DNA of 64,000 nt from Vicugna vicugna. Taxonomy: Eukaryota. The translations under genes and the position numbers were made by a program. The DNA is taken from positions 248,001 to 312,000 of the forward strand of contig MU057503.1 of the NCBI GenBank assembly GCA_013265495.1, read 5' to 3'. Positions 15,626 to 28,680 of this stretch are shown here, piece by piece. The notes beneath the pieces are model-generated. The model searched no databases. It worked only from the letters and a program-made list of their open reading frames with translations, and was not told where the DNA came from. Within the stretch, counting starts at the first letter, position 1. Every line of letters starts with the position of its first letter.

Positions 15626-16617
15626 TAGGCCTCAAGCACAATTTGGTAATAATAAGCTAATTTGCATAGGAGATTTTATAAGCTCAATACCTTGGGAATT
15701 AGTACAACTTTTTAGAATCTTAAAAGGGTAAGGGGTATGCAAAGTATCATTATTTGTCATGGAAAAACAAGATTCTCAAAGGCTGTTTCTTATCAAAGAA
15801 AAATGAGAAGTGGTTTGATTTTACAATGTTGGGATGAATATTAGCTTACAAAGGTTAGTAAAGTATTATTTTCCCTATTTTCCAACTTGGACTTTCTTTA
15901 ATGTTCGTTGTAATTTTTTTCCTAGTGACTGTTGGAAGTGAAACTAATAGTCACTATACATTTTGATTCATGATATGCTAAGATCATGGTATATTTAAAT
16001 ATCTAATTTTTAGGCATCTTAACAGCTTGGAAGAGAAATGGAAATTTAGTTAGGCTGAAAATACTTGCTTCAGTAATGTTCTAATCTTTTAGCAGTTTGG
16101 AGTATCAAATATTGCTTATTCTGTTCAAGAGCCCTGTTCTAGTCTTTAATGTAAATTGTCTGCCTGATTCTGTTGCCTAGTGTTATAACTGGATTATTTT
16201 ACATTTTATGGAGCAAAGCACTGTATTTTCTCCCTTTATTAATCAGTTAATCTTCTTCTCACACTTGACTCACCTTAAAGTATTTCCTTCCTTTTTCTAC
16301 CTTCTGTTCCCTTAAGTTCTATTACAAGTACTTACCAAATTTTATTATGATCTTTAGTTTACTTTACCTTTTCTTCCTTGGCCCATGAAGTCTCTGAAGA
16401 AAGGGACTTTGTAAATCTTTATATTCCTAACCCTCACGACTTAGAGTACTAATGCAGAAGAAAAGAAGTGTTCAAAAATTTTATTCATTCAAATATGTGT
16501 TAAGCACCTACTGAGTGTAAAGCTCTTGTAAGCAGGGTAAACGTGGTTCATGCTTTAGAAGATTGTTTACCAAAGATCCTAGTTTCGGGGTCCAGCCAGA
16601 AGCTCAGTTTGTTAGAG

Positions 16618-16980
16618 CATATTAGTTGTATTAGGCTGCCATTACAAAAGACTGTCAACTGAGTGACTTGAACAACAGAAATTAATTTTCCCACAGTTCT
16701 GGAGCCTAGAAGTCTGAGATCAGAGTGCCAGCATGGAGGTCTAGTGCAGACTCTTCCTGACTTATAGATGGCCTCCTCCTGTGTCCTCTCATGGAAGGGA
16801 GAGAGAGAATGCAAACGCACACTCTCTGGTGTCTCTCCCTATAAGGGTGCTAATCCCATCATGGGGGCCCTACCTTCATGATCTCATCTAAATCTCTCAA
16901 AGGCCCCATCTCCAAATAACATCACATGGGTGATTAGGGCTTCACATGTGAATTTTGAGAAGACAGTTCAGTCCATAGCA
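16618..16980 (-). mobile_element. MaLR solo LTR, MLT1A-like
   Basis: aggctgccattacaaaa..aacaacagaaattaattttcccacagttctggagcctagaagtctgagatc..ttcagtccatagca. Confidence 0.85.
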
Positions 16981-18938
16981 ATGTTCTGAAATCTATATGA
17001 AAGGTATGCTTTGAAGAAAATTATGATCTTAACCATAAATTTGGTGGAAGTGTTTGGGTTTCCTTTCACCAAGGGCACAGAATATGAAGTATTCATAAAA
17101 ATATAGTTCTTTCATTCAAAGTAATTAAAGTCTTATAGAGACTAGTCATGTACTCAGTTATGCAAATTTCACCCATTTCTTTTGCTGTCTCTTTATATGT
17201 TTCCTTCATGAACTTATTCAACCTGGTGCCCTCACGTCAGTGTTTTATCCAGTAGTGCTGAGAATATTACAGAGAGCAAGAGAACTGTGGCACTTGCCCT
17301 TATCTGTGAGCAGTCAATAAATGCTTGGTTTTGTTTTTGGCCAGGGGAATATAGGTTCACATTTCTAAAACCACATGCTAACTCACTTACTCACTTATTT
17401 GTAAGAATAGGATTGTTAACATTCTTTTCAATGGAGAGAAAGTATATCAATGCTAAACTACACCCTTACCTCTCTAGTTTGTAGCTTTATAAATATATGC
17501 CAATGAGTGTGATAGAATAAGAGAAGAGTATAAAACAATGAGTACAATTTTATTGCAGCATACCAATAAATGTACTTTATTTCTCTATACACATTTGTTA
17601 AAGACAGTAGTTTCCCATTCCAGTGATCTGTATTATATAAAGGCAGATTGAATTCAAGTTATGCATTAGCCTGTAAGGTATGTGTTGAATGTTCTCCCAT
17701 AATTTGGGTTTTAAATTATTTTTCCAGAAATATGAATTTTATTAGTTTACCTCTTTTCTCACGTGGTGACCAAAAATATCAATTTGTACAAGTTAGAGCC
17801 ATGGTCATCAGAGAGGAATTGGAATTTTTTTTTTCCACTTGGAGACAGTAACAAGTCAAATCCAAAACAATTGCCTCATTAATGCTATGAGGAAACTATA
17901 GCTTGAGAGAAAAAGGGAGTTAGCTAAGTTAGCCTACTTGATGAGTTTTCCATTCACTGAAGTTGATTTATCATAGAAATTTATTAGTAATTGTATTGAA
18001 CATGTATTATATATTGGATTCACATAGTATGCAAGGTGCTGGAAGAACAAAGGTGTTCCTATTCCTTGTTCTCAAGAATCTTGTCATACATTGTGGAAAG
18101 TACTCTGACAAGGTGCTGTAGGAGTACACAGAAGGAATAACCTACCCAAACTGGCCATGGCACCTGTGCGGAACCCTGAAGGATCATTAAGTTTTAAGCA
18201 CATGAAAGTTGGGAATAAAGCATTATAGACTAAGGGAGTGGTACATACAAAGGGCTGAAGGCAAAACAGAACATGGCCCACGTCTGGAAACTACAAGTAG
18301 TTAATTTGGTAAGGAGAAGCTAGATCACAAAGAACCTCCATGCTGTGGTAGGAAGTTTGGACTTCATCCTAAAGACTAAGGGAGCTGTTAAAGGTTATTA
18401 AGTAAACAGATTATGTAGTCAGATTTGTATTTTAGAAAGAACACTCCGGCTAGGGCAAAGATTGGATTCGAGAGGCTCAGATCAGATGTACTAGGAGCAG
18501 GTAAGAGGTTTGTGCAGTAATCAGATTACAGATGACAAGGGCTTGAACTCTTTAAGTGTCAGGATGGCAGTTAGATAGAAAAACAAGTAGAATGTAGGAG
18601 GAGTTGAAAGCGTTTCAGAGTATTCAACGATAGTGCCAGGTTTATTGGATTGGAAAACTGAGGAGAGAGTCATACTATTTGTTTTAATGGAATATACAGG
18701 GGAAAGGTTTAAGAAGAAACCTGTTTTAGTATTTGGACATGTTGACCTAACATGACCTAAATCTGTGTTCACTATTGGACTTGTTGCGATTCATGAGGGA
18801 AATTTAGAAGAGATATCAATAGGCACTGAGTTTATATATGTGGACAGAGAAGAGAAGTCTGTGCTTGAGGGGCAAATTGGGCGGTGAACTCTATGAAGAT
18901 GGTAGTGAATGTCTTAGAAGGATGAGATCACCTAAGGC

Positions 18939-19258
18939 TAGGGTGATCTTGGGTTTTTTTGGGGTTTTTTTGTTTTTTTGGGGGGGTAATTAGTTTTATT
19001 TACTTTATTTATTTTTAGAGGAGGTACTAGGGATTGAACCCAGTACCTCCTGCATGGTAAGCATGCGCTCTACCACTTGAGCTATACCCTCCCCCTGGTG
19101 ATCTTGTAATTTATCACCTTAACCAGAACTTTTCTAAAAAGAAAAAGGGCCATTATTACCATATCAGGACATTACCATTACCATACCATTATTACCATAC
19201 TAGGACGGCAGGCTAATCCAGGACTGGCCAAAGCAAACTAGGCTATATTGTCAACCTA
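18939..19258. mobile_element. hAT-Blackjack MITE (MER94/MER81-like) split by a SINE
   Basis: Starts tagggtgatc, resumes after the SINE with taatttatc.., ends aatccaggactggccaaagcaaactagg..tgtcaaccta; ctaagg on both flanks. Confidence 0.7.
18952..19095 (-). mobile_element. tRNA-derived SINE, Vic-1-like, with 10-bp TSD
   Basis: Reverse complement gggggagggtatagctcaagtggtagagcgcatgc..gggttcaatccctagtacctcc; GGTGATCTTG at 18942-51 and 19097-106. Confidence 0.9.
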
Positions 19259-20637
19259 GTCTAAGGAGAGCATACAGAATCAAGAAAGCTAAGGAAAACT
19301 CTGAAGGATAACCTTAAAGAATCAGTTATTTCCTCAAAAGGTGTGACCAGGGCATTAGAAAATAAAATGAAGTAGTAGTGTTGTAGGGAAGGGAAAATTT
19401 TAAAGGAAGACGTGGTGAGCAGTCATGCTACAGAGAGGTCAGTAAAATAAGGACTGATAAAGATTTGATCAAATGATGGTTTTGACAGCCTTGGTAACAG
19501 GTTAAATAAAGACAGCAAAAGCCAGGAGTGGATTAATAAATGAATGGGAGGTGAGGAAGTTATGATAGCACAGACATTACTTTTAACAAGGTTATTTATA
19601 AAGCAGAGGAGAAAGGGAGATAATTTGATGAGAATTACTGGAAAACAATAAGAGACTTTTTTTTTGAAAGACTTCTATACATTTCATTGCTTATATAAGA
19701 ATCAAGATAAAATGAAATAGAGGATAATTGCTGGGTTTATGTTCTAGAGGGAGCAGAAAAGAATAGGATTCAGAGTATAGATACCAGGGTTAGCCTTGAA
19801 TGGGAAGAAGCATAAGCCCTGATTCTCTTTCAGTGTATCAGAAGACAAAAGCCCCTTTCAGTTGCGAATTTGTAGAGGGGGACATGAATTTGGAGTTTTC
19901 CTATCCGGTAACCTTTATTTCTTGGTGAAATAGGTATTCTGTTGATAGTGAGGGGAGAAGTAGTGAAATAGGAAGCCGAAGGAGTGGTGAAGATTTTAAT
20001 AATTATTGAGAGGAATGAGAGAAAAAGCAAATAAAGGGTACACAGAAGAATTTCTGGCTAGTGTTGAAGGGTCAGTTGAGCTTGGGCACTGTGGATTTAT
20101 AGCATACCAGTCTCTACAGTTGTGCAGTTTACTCCAGCATATCTAAACAACTCCAACAAAGTATAGCAAGAATAAAAATTAATAACAAAGTAGTTAAAGG
20201 TTTTGCAATGAAATAATTGAAGTGATAAATTATGTGGAGTCTGGGTGGAAGGACATGGAGACAGCATGGAACTGGTAAACTGGGAGGAAACAGAGTTAAA
20301 AGGACTAGATATCTCAATGCAAGCCAAGAATAGGAAAGAATGAGTTTTCAGGAAAAGCATGTAGCAGCAGAGAGGTGGAGCATGTGATGGCAAGCAAGGT
20401 CCAGGAAGTGAAATACAGTTGAATGCAAGTGTAGGTCTTTGAACTGAGGAGTTAAGAAACAGTAGGGCTAAGATAAATCAGCCACATGGACTTTTTCACC
20501 CAGGGTTATGGTAAGATTGGAGACAGACACCGTAAGCCAAACGCCAGGTGAATGTGAGGAAGCAACCAGGAGGTCAATCTCATCTAGTGAATACTTTTTC
20601 CGAAGTAGTAAATTGATTACAGTTTTTTGTTTTTTAG

Positions 20638-20721
20638 TACAAAGTGGTTGTCCCCAAAATTGGAAACATACTTGATCTTTGTACAGCATTGTCTGCTTTG
20701 TCAGGAGTACCTGCAGATAAG
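20638..20721 (+). CDS. USP15: USP15 coding exon (YKVVVPKIGNILDLCTALSALSGVPADK)
   Basis: ttgttttttag acceptor, AAG|gtagga donor; 84 nt, in frame. Confidence 0.96.
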
Positions 20722-20811
20722 GTAGGATGTTTCTGGATTTAAAGTATGTAATTTGGAGTTTAGTTTTTCAGTGTTGTAAAACCAGTTTAATAGAAATTTA
20801 TTTCTTTTTAG

Positions 20812-20906
20812 ATGATAGTTACTGATATATACAATCATAGATTTCACAGAATATTCGCTATGGATGAAAACCTTAGTAGTATTATGGAACGGGATGATAT
20901 TTATGT
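20812..20906 (+). CDS. USP15: USP15 coding exon ([15 protein letters not shown]...RDDIY)
   Basis: tttctttttag acceptor, gtaagt donor at 20907; 95 nt, ends phase 2. Confidence 0.96.
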
Positions 20907-20998
20907 GTAAGTATGAAATTAATTGTGCAAAATATTGAGAAAAAATGAAAAAGAAATAACAAAATTTTTAGAATTTATACTCAGTTTTATCCTTGTAG

Positions 20999-21190
20999 GT
21001 TTGAAATTAACATCAATAGGACAGAAGATACAGAGCATGTGATTATTCCTGTTTGCCTGAGAGAAAAATTTAGGCACTCAAGTTACACCCACCATACTGG
21101 TTCTTCACTTTTTGGTCAGCCTTTTCTTATGGCTGTACCACGAAACAATACTGAAGATAAACTCTATAATCTTCTGCTTTTGCGAATGTG
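20999..21190 (+). CDS. USP15: USP15 coding exon (FEININRTEDTEH...LYNLLLLRM)
   Basis: ccttgtag acceptor, gtaagt donor at 21191; 192 nt, phase 2/2. Confidence 0.96.
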
Positions 21191-22120
21191 GTAAGTGCCA
21201 GAGAATTCTGCATTAACAAAATAAAGTATTAAATTGTTAATAATAAAGTAAACATTCAAGGTACTATCAGAATGTAGTATAGAATATAATTAAATGTCTG
21301 TATTATCTCAGCTTTGTTTGGACAGGTAGGAATGTAACAAATCAAATTATAGTTTTACCCAGTTTCTTGATCATGTAAAACATATTACTGAGGTAATTTC
21401 AAACCCAGGAAGCATTCTTTTAGCTGTTTTACATCAAGTTTATAGTTGGAAGAAAATAGGAATTTATCACGTATGCACTCTGAAATCATAACAAATATTA
21501 GATGTTTCATTCCTTTATACACATTGCTTATACCAGTAACAAGAACTCATGCTAATAAATAGTTTTATTTAAAAGGATAAACTTTCATCATTGATCTTTT
21601 TGTAAGGCAACCTCTTTTTTGTCTCCTAAAGCCCTAATTTGAATTATAACATAATGAAGAATGCCATTTGCTCCCTTTCTTTTATCCTTTATAGCTTGAC
21701 ATATTTAGTATTCTTTCTTGCATCCCTATTTCAATCATTATAAGTCCCGTAACCCACACATAAAGATCACATTATAAACTATTAGTGATCTTAGCAGTAA
21801 TATATTCATCATCTAAATTAGGATCTTTATATAATAATTTTATGTCAAGAAATTATTTGCCAAAAACTTAACATATAAAAGAAAGATGTTAAAACCCTAG
21901 AAGTAACATACTAACTTATTTTTATAAAGAAAATCAAACACAAATGGTTGATCAGTTGCATTTATGGTACTGTATCTTGAGTGTGAATTTATCCTTGAAT
22001 CCACCAAGTGACCACTGTTAATTGCATTAAAAAGTTTTATTTTAGTGAAAAAATAGAAAACTTTTTCTAAGTTTTTACCTTTGTAAAACTGAGCTCGTTT
22101 GATTTCTGATTTTATTTAAG

Positions 22121-22236
22121 CCGGTATGTCAAAATATCTACTGAAACCGAAGAAACTGAAGGATCCCTACACTGCTGTAAGGACCAAAATATTAATGGGA
22201 ATGGCCCAAATGGCGTACATGAAGAAGGCTCACCAA
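22121..22236 (+). CDS. USP15: USP15 coding exon (RYVKISTETEETEG...HEEGSP)
   Basis: Uncommon AAG acceptor (tttatttaag), gtaagg donor at 22237; 116 nt keeps frame with both neighbours. Confidence 0.94.
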
Positions 22237-22412
22237 GTAAGGTTTCCCTGTTAAATTGTAAAGACTTTTCATTTGGGTTATTGCTGCAGAAAAAAATTAA
22301 GAAGACGAGGATTAAGGAACTAAAAAATATCTGCAAACTTGTGAAAAATAATGTTAATAAGTTTTAAATGTAGCATTGAGTTTATTTAAAGACTTCTAAT
22401 ATTTAATACTAG

Positions 22413-22685
22413 GTGAAATGGAAACAGATGAGCCAGACGATGAATCCAGCCAGGATCAAGAACTTCCCTCCGAGAATGAAAATAGTCAATCTGAAGATTC
22501 AGTTGGAGGAGATAATGATTCTGAAAATGGATTATGTACCGAGGAAACTTGCAAAGGTCAACTCACGGGACACAAAAAACGATTGTTTACATTCCAGTTC
22601 AACAACTTAGGCAATACTGATGTCAACTACATCAAAGATGATACCAGGCATATAAGATTTGATGACAGGCAGCTTAGGCTAGATG
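22413..22685 (+). CDS. USP15: USP15 coding exon, acidic insertion region (EMETDEPDDESSQD...RQLRLD)
   Basis: atactag acceptor, G|gtgagt donor at 22686; 273 nt; matches ORF-track 22418..22711. Confidence 0.96.
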
Positions 22686-23069
22686 GTGAGTATTTGTGGA
22701 AAATGGTTTAAACATGAAGCTTGAGCAAAGTTTTTTTTTTTTTTTTAGTTAATAACCATGGAATCCAACACTGTCATGAAAAATAACATTTACTTGTCTA
22801 TCTAAATTTTTTAATGAAACGCCTTCTTTTCTAAGTATACTAAAGCATATGTCAGTGTTTATCAAATCAAGGTTGGACTTATGCTTAAGTTTTGTATCTT
22901 TTTTTAAACTCTGAAGTATTTTAATGGCTTGGAAACAGCAGTTTACCCTGATTACCTAATGCAAGAAGAGATTCTTCTAATATTCCAGTATATACCTTAA
23001 CATTAAAATATTCATTTTTGACATTAAGGCATATTAAATTTTAAAGAAAAAATATGTTTTCCATCTTAG

Positions 23070-23140
23070 AAAGATCTTTTCTCGCTTTGGATTGGGATCC
23101 TGATTTGAAAAAAAGATACTTTGATGAAAATGCTGCTGAG
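23070..23140 (+). CDS. USP15: USP15 coding exon (ERSFLALDWDPDLKKRYFDENAAE)
   Basis: ccatcttag acceptor, GAG|gtaggt donor; 71 nt. Confidence 0.96.
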
Positions 23141-23489
23141 GTAGGTTATCACTCATTCCTTCTTTATTTTTCCCATGTTGATAACAATGTTCTGTTACAC
23201 TCCTTTGCTTTGCCAAATATGTTTATTTTGCCAGTAACAAATTGATTATGTGCTAGAAGAGAAAAGGCTTGTTGGTTTTGAAACGACTTTTTGTTTAAAT
23301 TTGCTAGTTGTCCATATAAGTGTGTATACAGGAATTATTAGAAGCGTGGTGTAAGTCTCAGCTGAGATAAGCTTTATGATTTTTTTGAGAACATTTAGGA
23401 GTTTTTCATTACTATTCATAGTAATATGGTATCACTAAAATGAGTTTTGTTTCATTTGTTTTCTTAACTCAAGAAATACTTCTCTTTAG

Positions 23490-23606
<117 letters not shown>

Positions 23607-24127
23607 TAAGAGACAAAATTAAATAATTGTTTCTAATTACTTTTTAAGAATTTATACTGAGGTATGTGCTACATCAAATTGAAAAAGTGATGTTTTAAAC
23701 AATAAGCATTTCTTTTTATGAAAATAATCCACTAAGAGGGATGAAAATGTCTTTAACAGTGTTATGATATTGTTAAGCTTTAATCTTATTACTATATTTT
23801 CCATAATAGCCATTTTACTATGAATAATTAATTTTAGTTCCTTTTTCCCAAGAATTTTTAGCTGTGCAGCGATTTCAAGAGGAGCTTTTTTAGGAAACTC
23901 ACAATGTTTTGTGTTGTTACTAATTCCATTAGAGTCCAGAAGTTTTGAGATTTCTCTAGTACCTATGTCTCAGCAGTTTTATGATACATACGTGTCTTTT
24001 TAGCATGCTAAAATGTAAATTATCTAGCCCTCCTTATTTCTTTGAATACCTGTTTACCTATTTATAATAGTTAAATTTATTTTGAAAATGTATTGATGAT
24101 AAAAATAACATTAGAAGTTCCTGTTGA

Positions 24128-24346
<219 letters not shown>

Positions 24347-24439
24347 TAAGTTTTGATTGTGCTTCATAAACACTGAGCACTTCTAGCTTTTTTTAAGCAT
24401 TAGGTATCATTGGGCCCAAACTTCAGGGGGGGGTTTTGT

Positions 24440-24735
24440 TTTATATGTAGTTGACTTAAAATATATTAGTTTCAGGTACACAAAATAGTGATTTGATGTT
24501 TTTATACATTGCACACCATAGAGAGTTTTTACACTATTACTGACTATATCTCCTGTGCTATACATTAAATCCCTGTGACTTATTTCATAATAGTAATTTG
24601 TACCTCTTAGTCTCCACCTATTTCACCTATCCCCTACCTTCTTCCCCTCTGGCAGCCAACAGTTTGTTCTCTGTATCTGTGAGTCTCTTTCTGTTTTGTT
24701 TTTATGTGTTCATTTGTTTTGTGTTTTACATTCCA
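24440..24735 (-). mobile_element. LINE-1 3' UTR fragment
   Basis: tagttgactt..tattagtttcaggtacacaaaatagtgatt..cccctctggcagccaacagtttgttctctgtatctgtgagtct. Confidence 0.8.
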
Positions 24736-24899
24736 GTTTTAGTCTTTGAATGTAGTTTTGGGTGATTCTAACAATTTGTATTGATCAGTAATAATTTTTA
24801 TTCCTTCTTAGAGATTTTTCAAAGAACAAAGAGGAAAAAAAAATATAGAGAGTAAAACTCATTCTATGTTACATTGTCTTGGTTTCCTGGCCCTGTTTA

Positions 24900-26000
24900 T
24901 AAATCTAAGATGCTTCATGGGATCGTAGTGATTTTGTTTTTCCTAGGAATTACTTTGTCATTAATCATCAAATATTATTCCTAAATGCTTTTTTAAAAAG
25001 ACTAAAGTAATATGAAAACAGAATAATGGAATTGCTTGGAAGATGATACAGTAGTGTAATAAGTCATCCCTGTTGTGTCATCCTTCAGTTTTCTTACTGC
25101 AGTGTCCAGAGCATGACATCATATTTGTAAAAATGTAAAAGAAGCCTGGAGATAGCATCTTTGTAGCCTTCTTTTTTCTTTAAGCTTTCACTTAATAGAG
25201 AATTCAGAAGGACAAAAAAGGAATATTGTATCCTGATTCATGTAGTCCAAGAAGGACCTCATCAAACGATACTCTGTGACAAGAACATGCTATTCCCATT
25301 TTGCTAAAGGAACATTGATAGTATTCTTTCATATTTCATGATATTTGTGCACCAAAGTTACTTAATATTGTTAGTAAGTAGACAAATACTGAAGGCAGGT
25401 GTCTATGCATGCAAAGGTGATTAGAAGGAAATAGATGATGCAATAATGAAAACATTCTTTGGATTGCATATTCTAGTTGGTGTTTGTAAATTTAAAATTG
25501 AAAGTGTTTTGCAATTAAAGAACAAAAAATGGTAGTTTTCTCTTTAACAAAAGAAAATTATAAGCCATCAAAGTTTTCAAGAATATAGCATTTTGACAGT
25601 GTGAGTATAAGAGGAAACAAAAATAATGATAAGCTAGAACCTATTAGAGATGTATTAGAAATTTAAAATCAGTATTGCTTTTTAATGATGCAGATACAAG
25701 AAGAATAACCAGAAATAATGAGAAGTTATAAAATGGTCATGTTCCAGTTTTAATGAATGATAAATTATTAACAGTTGTATTTCAGAGAATGTTGCCCATC
25801 AAAACCTGGAAAACAGAATAAATACTGGGTCATATTTAAATATATGCTTATTTTTAAATTATTATAAAATTGGCTAAGAAAGTTGTTTTTCACTGTCCCT
25901 TTCTTCTTTCTTAAATAAATCATTTCTGAAAATGACTTTAAAAAAATAAAAGGACCCAGATGATAAACAGTGATGTCTGTTTTTCCTCATATACTAAGAG
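24900..26000 (+). mobile_element. piggyBac-superfamily transposon fossil (Looper-like)
   Basis: Broken transposase peptides: KEIDDAIMKTFFGLHILVGV (about 25425), DKLEPIRDVLE (25628), PSKPGK (25796); outer boundaries uncertain. Confidence 0.75.
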
Positions 26001-26165
26001 AAAAATATTTTTGCATGAAAACATTAATCTGAAAAACAGCAATCAGTGGAAAATTTTAAAATTCTTAACCCCTAAGAAAATTTTGCCAAAACATGAAAAT
26101 TGCAAAGATAGTTCTATAATTTGTTTTATAAAGTTATTTTGCTCTCAGTAATTTCTTTAGTGAGA

Positions 26166-26192
26166 TGTGTGTGTGTGTGTGTGTGTGTGTGT
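26166..26192. repeat. (TG)13 microsatellite
   Basis: Read directly. Confidence 0.97.
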
Positions 26193-26293
26193 ATGAGGAG
26201 TATATATAAATGAGAGTCAAACAACAATAACAACAATAGAATTCATTACATTTAGAGAAAACATAAAACTAACTTGATTCTTTTTTCAAACAG

Positions 26294-26397
26294 TGATTTG
26301 GATATGTCAGAATTCCTAATTAATCCAAATGCAGGTCCTTGCCGCTATAATTTGATTGCTGTTTCCAACCACTATGGAGGGATGGGAGGAGGACACT
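26294..26397 (+). CDS. USP15: USP15 coding exon with His box (DLDMSEF...[17 protein letters not shown])
   Basis: ttcaaacag acceptor, gtaagt donor at 26398; 104 nt; catalytic His is the last full codon. Confidence 0.97.
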
Positions 26398-26599
26398 GTA
26401 AGTTGACCGTTTACTTTTTTTACTAAAATCATGGTGTTTGATAACTCCAGACTTTTCCCCTTTAGATATTTATTACTTCTTAAAGGGAAAATGTGAGATG
26501 TGTCTTACATATAGTAGTTCAATAAATATTGATTAATGAATGAATCAGCTTTTGAACTTTTTTTTTTTTTTAACATTAGGAGTAGAGGACTCAGTTAAT

Positions 26600-28680
26600 C
26601 ATACTCCTCATTTCAAAGCACAGGAAATCACTAGTCCATTCAGGGCTCCTGTCCTTCCCCATTCTCCTTCCCCTTCCCTTTCGAGCATGTTGGACATATG
26701 TGCTCTCACAAATCGTGCATCATTGTTAATTTACATGCTTGAAAATAAATAACTCTACTGTAGTTATTTATTTTATCTCTTGACATTTAAGGTTTCTCCC
26801 TATTACTTTGTGTCAGTTTAATTCATTGCTTCTCACCACTCATGATTTGTATCTACCATGTTTTGTTTCTCTACTCACTTCATGGTGAACATGCAAATTG
26901 CATTTAACTTTCTATCACCATGAGATCAGTAAACATCATTGTTTATGATCCCCTTTGTGAGAATTTCTTTGAACTGCATACTCAGATGTAAGATTGCTGG
27001 GTTACAGAGTATTTATTTAAGTACTGTGCAATGGTGGTCCAGGGTGGTTATACCAATCTGTGCTGTCCAACTGACAGATTTTTCTGTTGAGCCAGTTGCA
27101 TTCTGGAATAAACCCTACTCTTTAAGTATTTTTTTATATACCAAATTTGATTTAGTTAGCTGATTTTATTTAGGATTGTTGAAATTTAATTTATAAATTG
27201 AGAGGAGGGTATGGGGTGGTAGAGTGCATGCTTAGTATGCATATGAGGTCCTGGGTTCAATTCCCAGTACCTCCATTAAATAAATAAATAAGTAAATAAA
27301 CCTAATTAACTCCCTCCATTAAAAAAACTAAAAAAATTAGAAAATAAAAAGCTTTTTAAAAAATTAATTCATAAGTGAAATGGTTTATAATTTTTTGTAT
27401 TATTCTTACTTTGGAATCAAGATTACAATCTAGCCTAATGATACAGGCTGGTATACTTTATTCTTTCTGTTTCCTGAAGCAGCTAGTATAATACAAGAAT
27501 TAACTATTCATGAAAGTCTAGTAGAATTCACCTGTAAAATTATTTGGGCTTTATAGCCTTAAGTTTTTCTATTCATGTTATGCTTACTGAAGTATATTCA
27601 GTTTTCTTTTTCCAAAATGTGTACATTTTAGCATTCTCCTTTTTTCTAAACTTGTGTATGTATATATTTTCCAATTTATTAGAGAATAGTTGTTTATAAT
27701 ACTTTTGTGCTGTACTTTTGTCCCTTTTTTATTCTCTTCTCTCTTTTCTTTTTAATTAGTCTTCCCAGGGGTCTATCTTACCAGTCTTTTCAAAGAAGTA
27801 GCTTTCTATTTTATTAAATTTTTTTTTGTTATACATGTATGTGTTCTGTCACATTGATTTCTTCTCTTCCCTTTGGTATATTTTTCTTCTTGTTACTTTG
27901 AGTTTCCTCTCTGCTCTTTTCCTAACTTCTTGGGTTGAATGTTTATTAGCTTTTTGTTTTCCTTTTTTTCCCCGCTATTGAAAGCTATAATTAAAGCTAT
28001 AGGTTTCCCTTCAAATACTCCTTTATCAATGTTCCATAAATTTTTGAAATGTGATATTCATTGTCTTTCAATTCTATGTATGTTTTTAGTTTCCTTTATG
28101 ATTTTCTAATTATCCCAAGGTTATTTCATCATATGCCTTTCAAATACATGGTTTATCTTAATTTTATTATATAACGGTTGGAGGCGCTATCTGTATTATA
28201 TTAATCCTAGGAGTTTATTAAGGCTTTCATATGGCTTAATGCATAGTCTGTTTCTTAAATGTTTGTGTGCTTGAAAAACATACATTATTCCCCATTCAAA
28301 CTGAGTTCTTATATTTCTACAAGTTCATATTATCAATTATATTTGAATCATTGCTCTCTCTCTCTGGCTATTTTTGATATTCATTCTTTTTCTGAGAGGA
28401 ATTTGTCAAAATTTTTAGCAAAGTGTTGATTTATCTGTTTCTCCTAACAGTTTTATTAGTTATTTTATTAGTTTCATTTATGTTTAAAGTGGGTAGCTCT
28501 TCTTTCTCTGTTGTTCCTTTTACCAGAATTTGATGTTCATTTTCATTTTGTCTTTTTCTGAGAATTAAAAATATTAGTTTAGCTTTTTTTTAAAGCTTTC
28601 TTTTGATACCATCATTTAGTCTGCAAATTCTGTGTGCCTTTTTGTTAGATTTGTCTACTATAAAACTATATTATTGTTAA
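26600..28680 (-). mobile_element. Old degraded LINE-1 fragments
   Basis: T-rich antisense L1-like text (tctagtagaattcacctgtaaaattatttgggc, gtctttttcaaagaagtagctt, aaagctataggtttcccttcaaatact). Confidence 0.6.
27201..27360 (+). mobile_element. tRNA-derived SINE, Vic-1-like
   Basis: ggagggtatg..gtggtagagtgcatgcttagtatgc..gaggtcctgggttcaattcccagtacctccattaaataaataaata; A-rich tail. Confidence 0.88.

Larger units (their letters stand above)
18000..20560 (-). mobile_element. Long degraded L2, interrupted by younger inserts
   Basis: Purine-rich antisense L2 text (tttggacatgttga, ggatgagatcacctaagg, acagagaggtcagtaaaataaggactga). Confidence 0.55.

Noticed and set aside
21790..21900. Second hAT-Blackjack MITE
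   Set aside because: Only a weak 3' end (aaaccctag) and AT-rich similarity; not supportable by eye.
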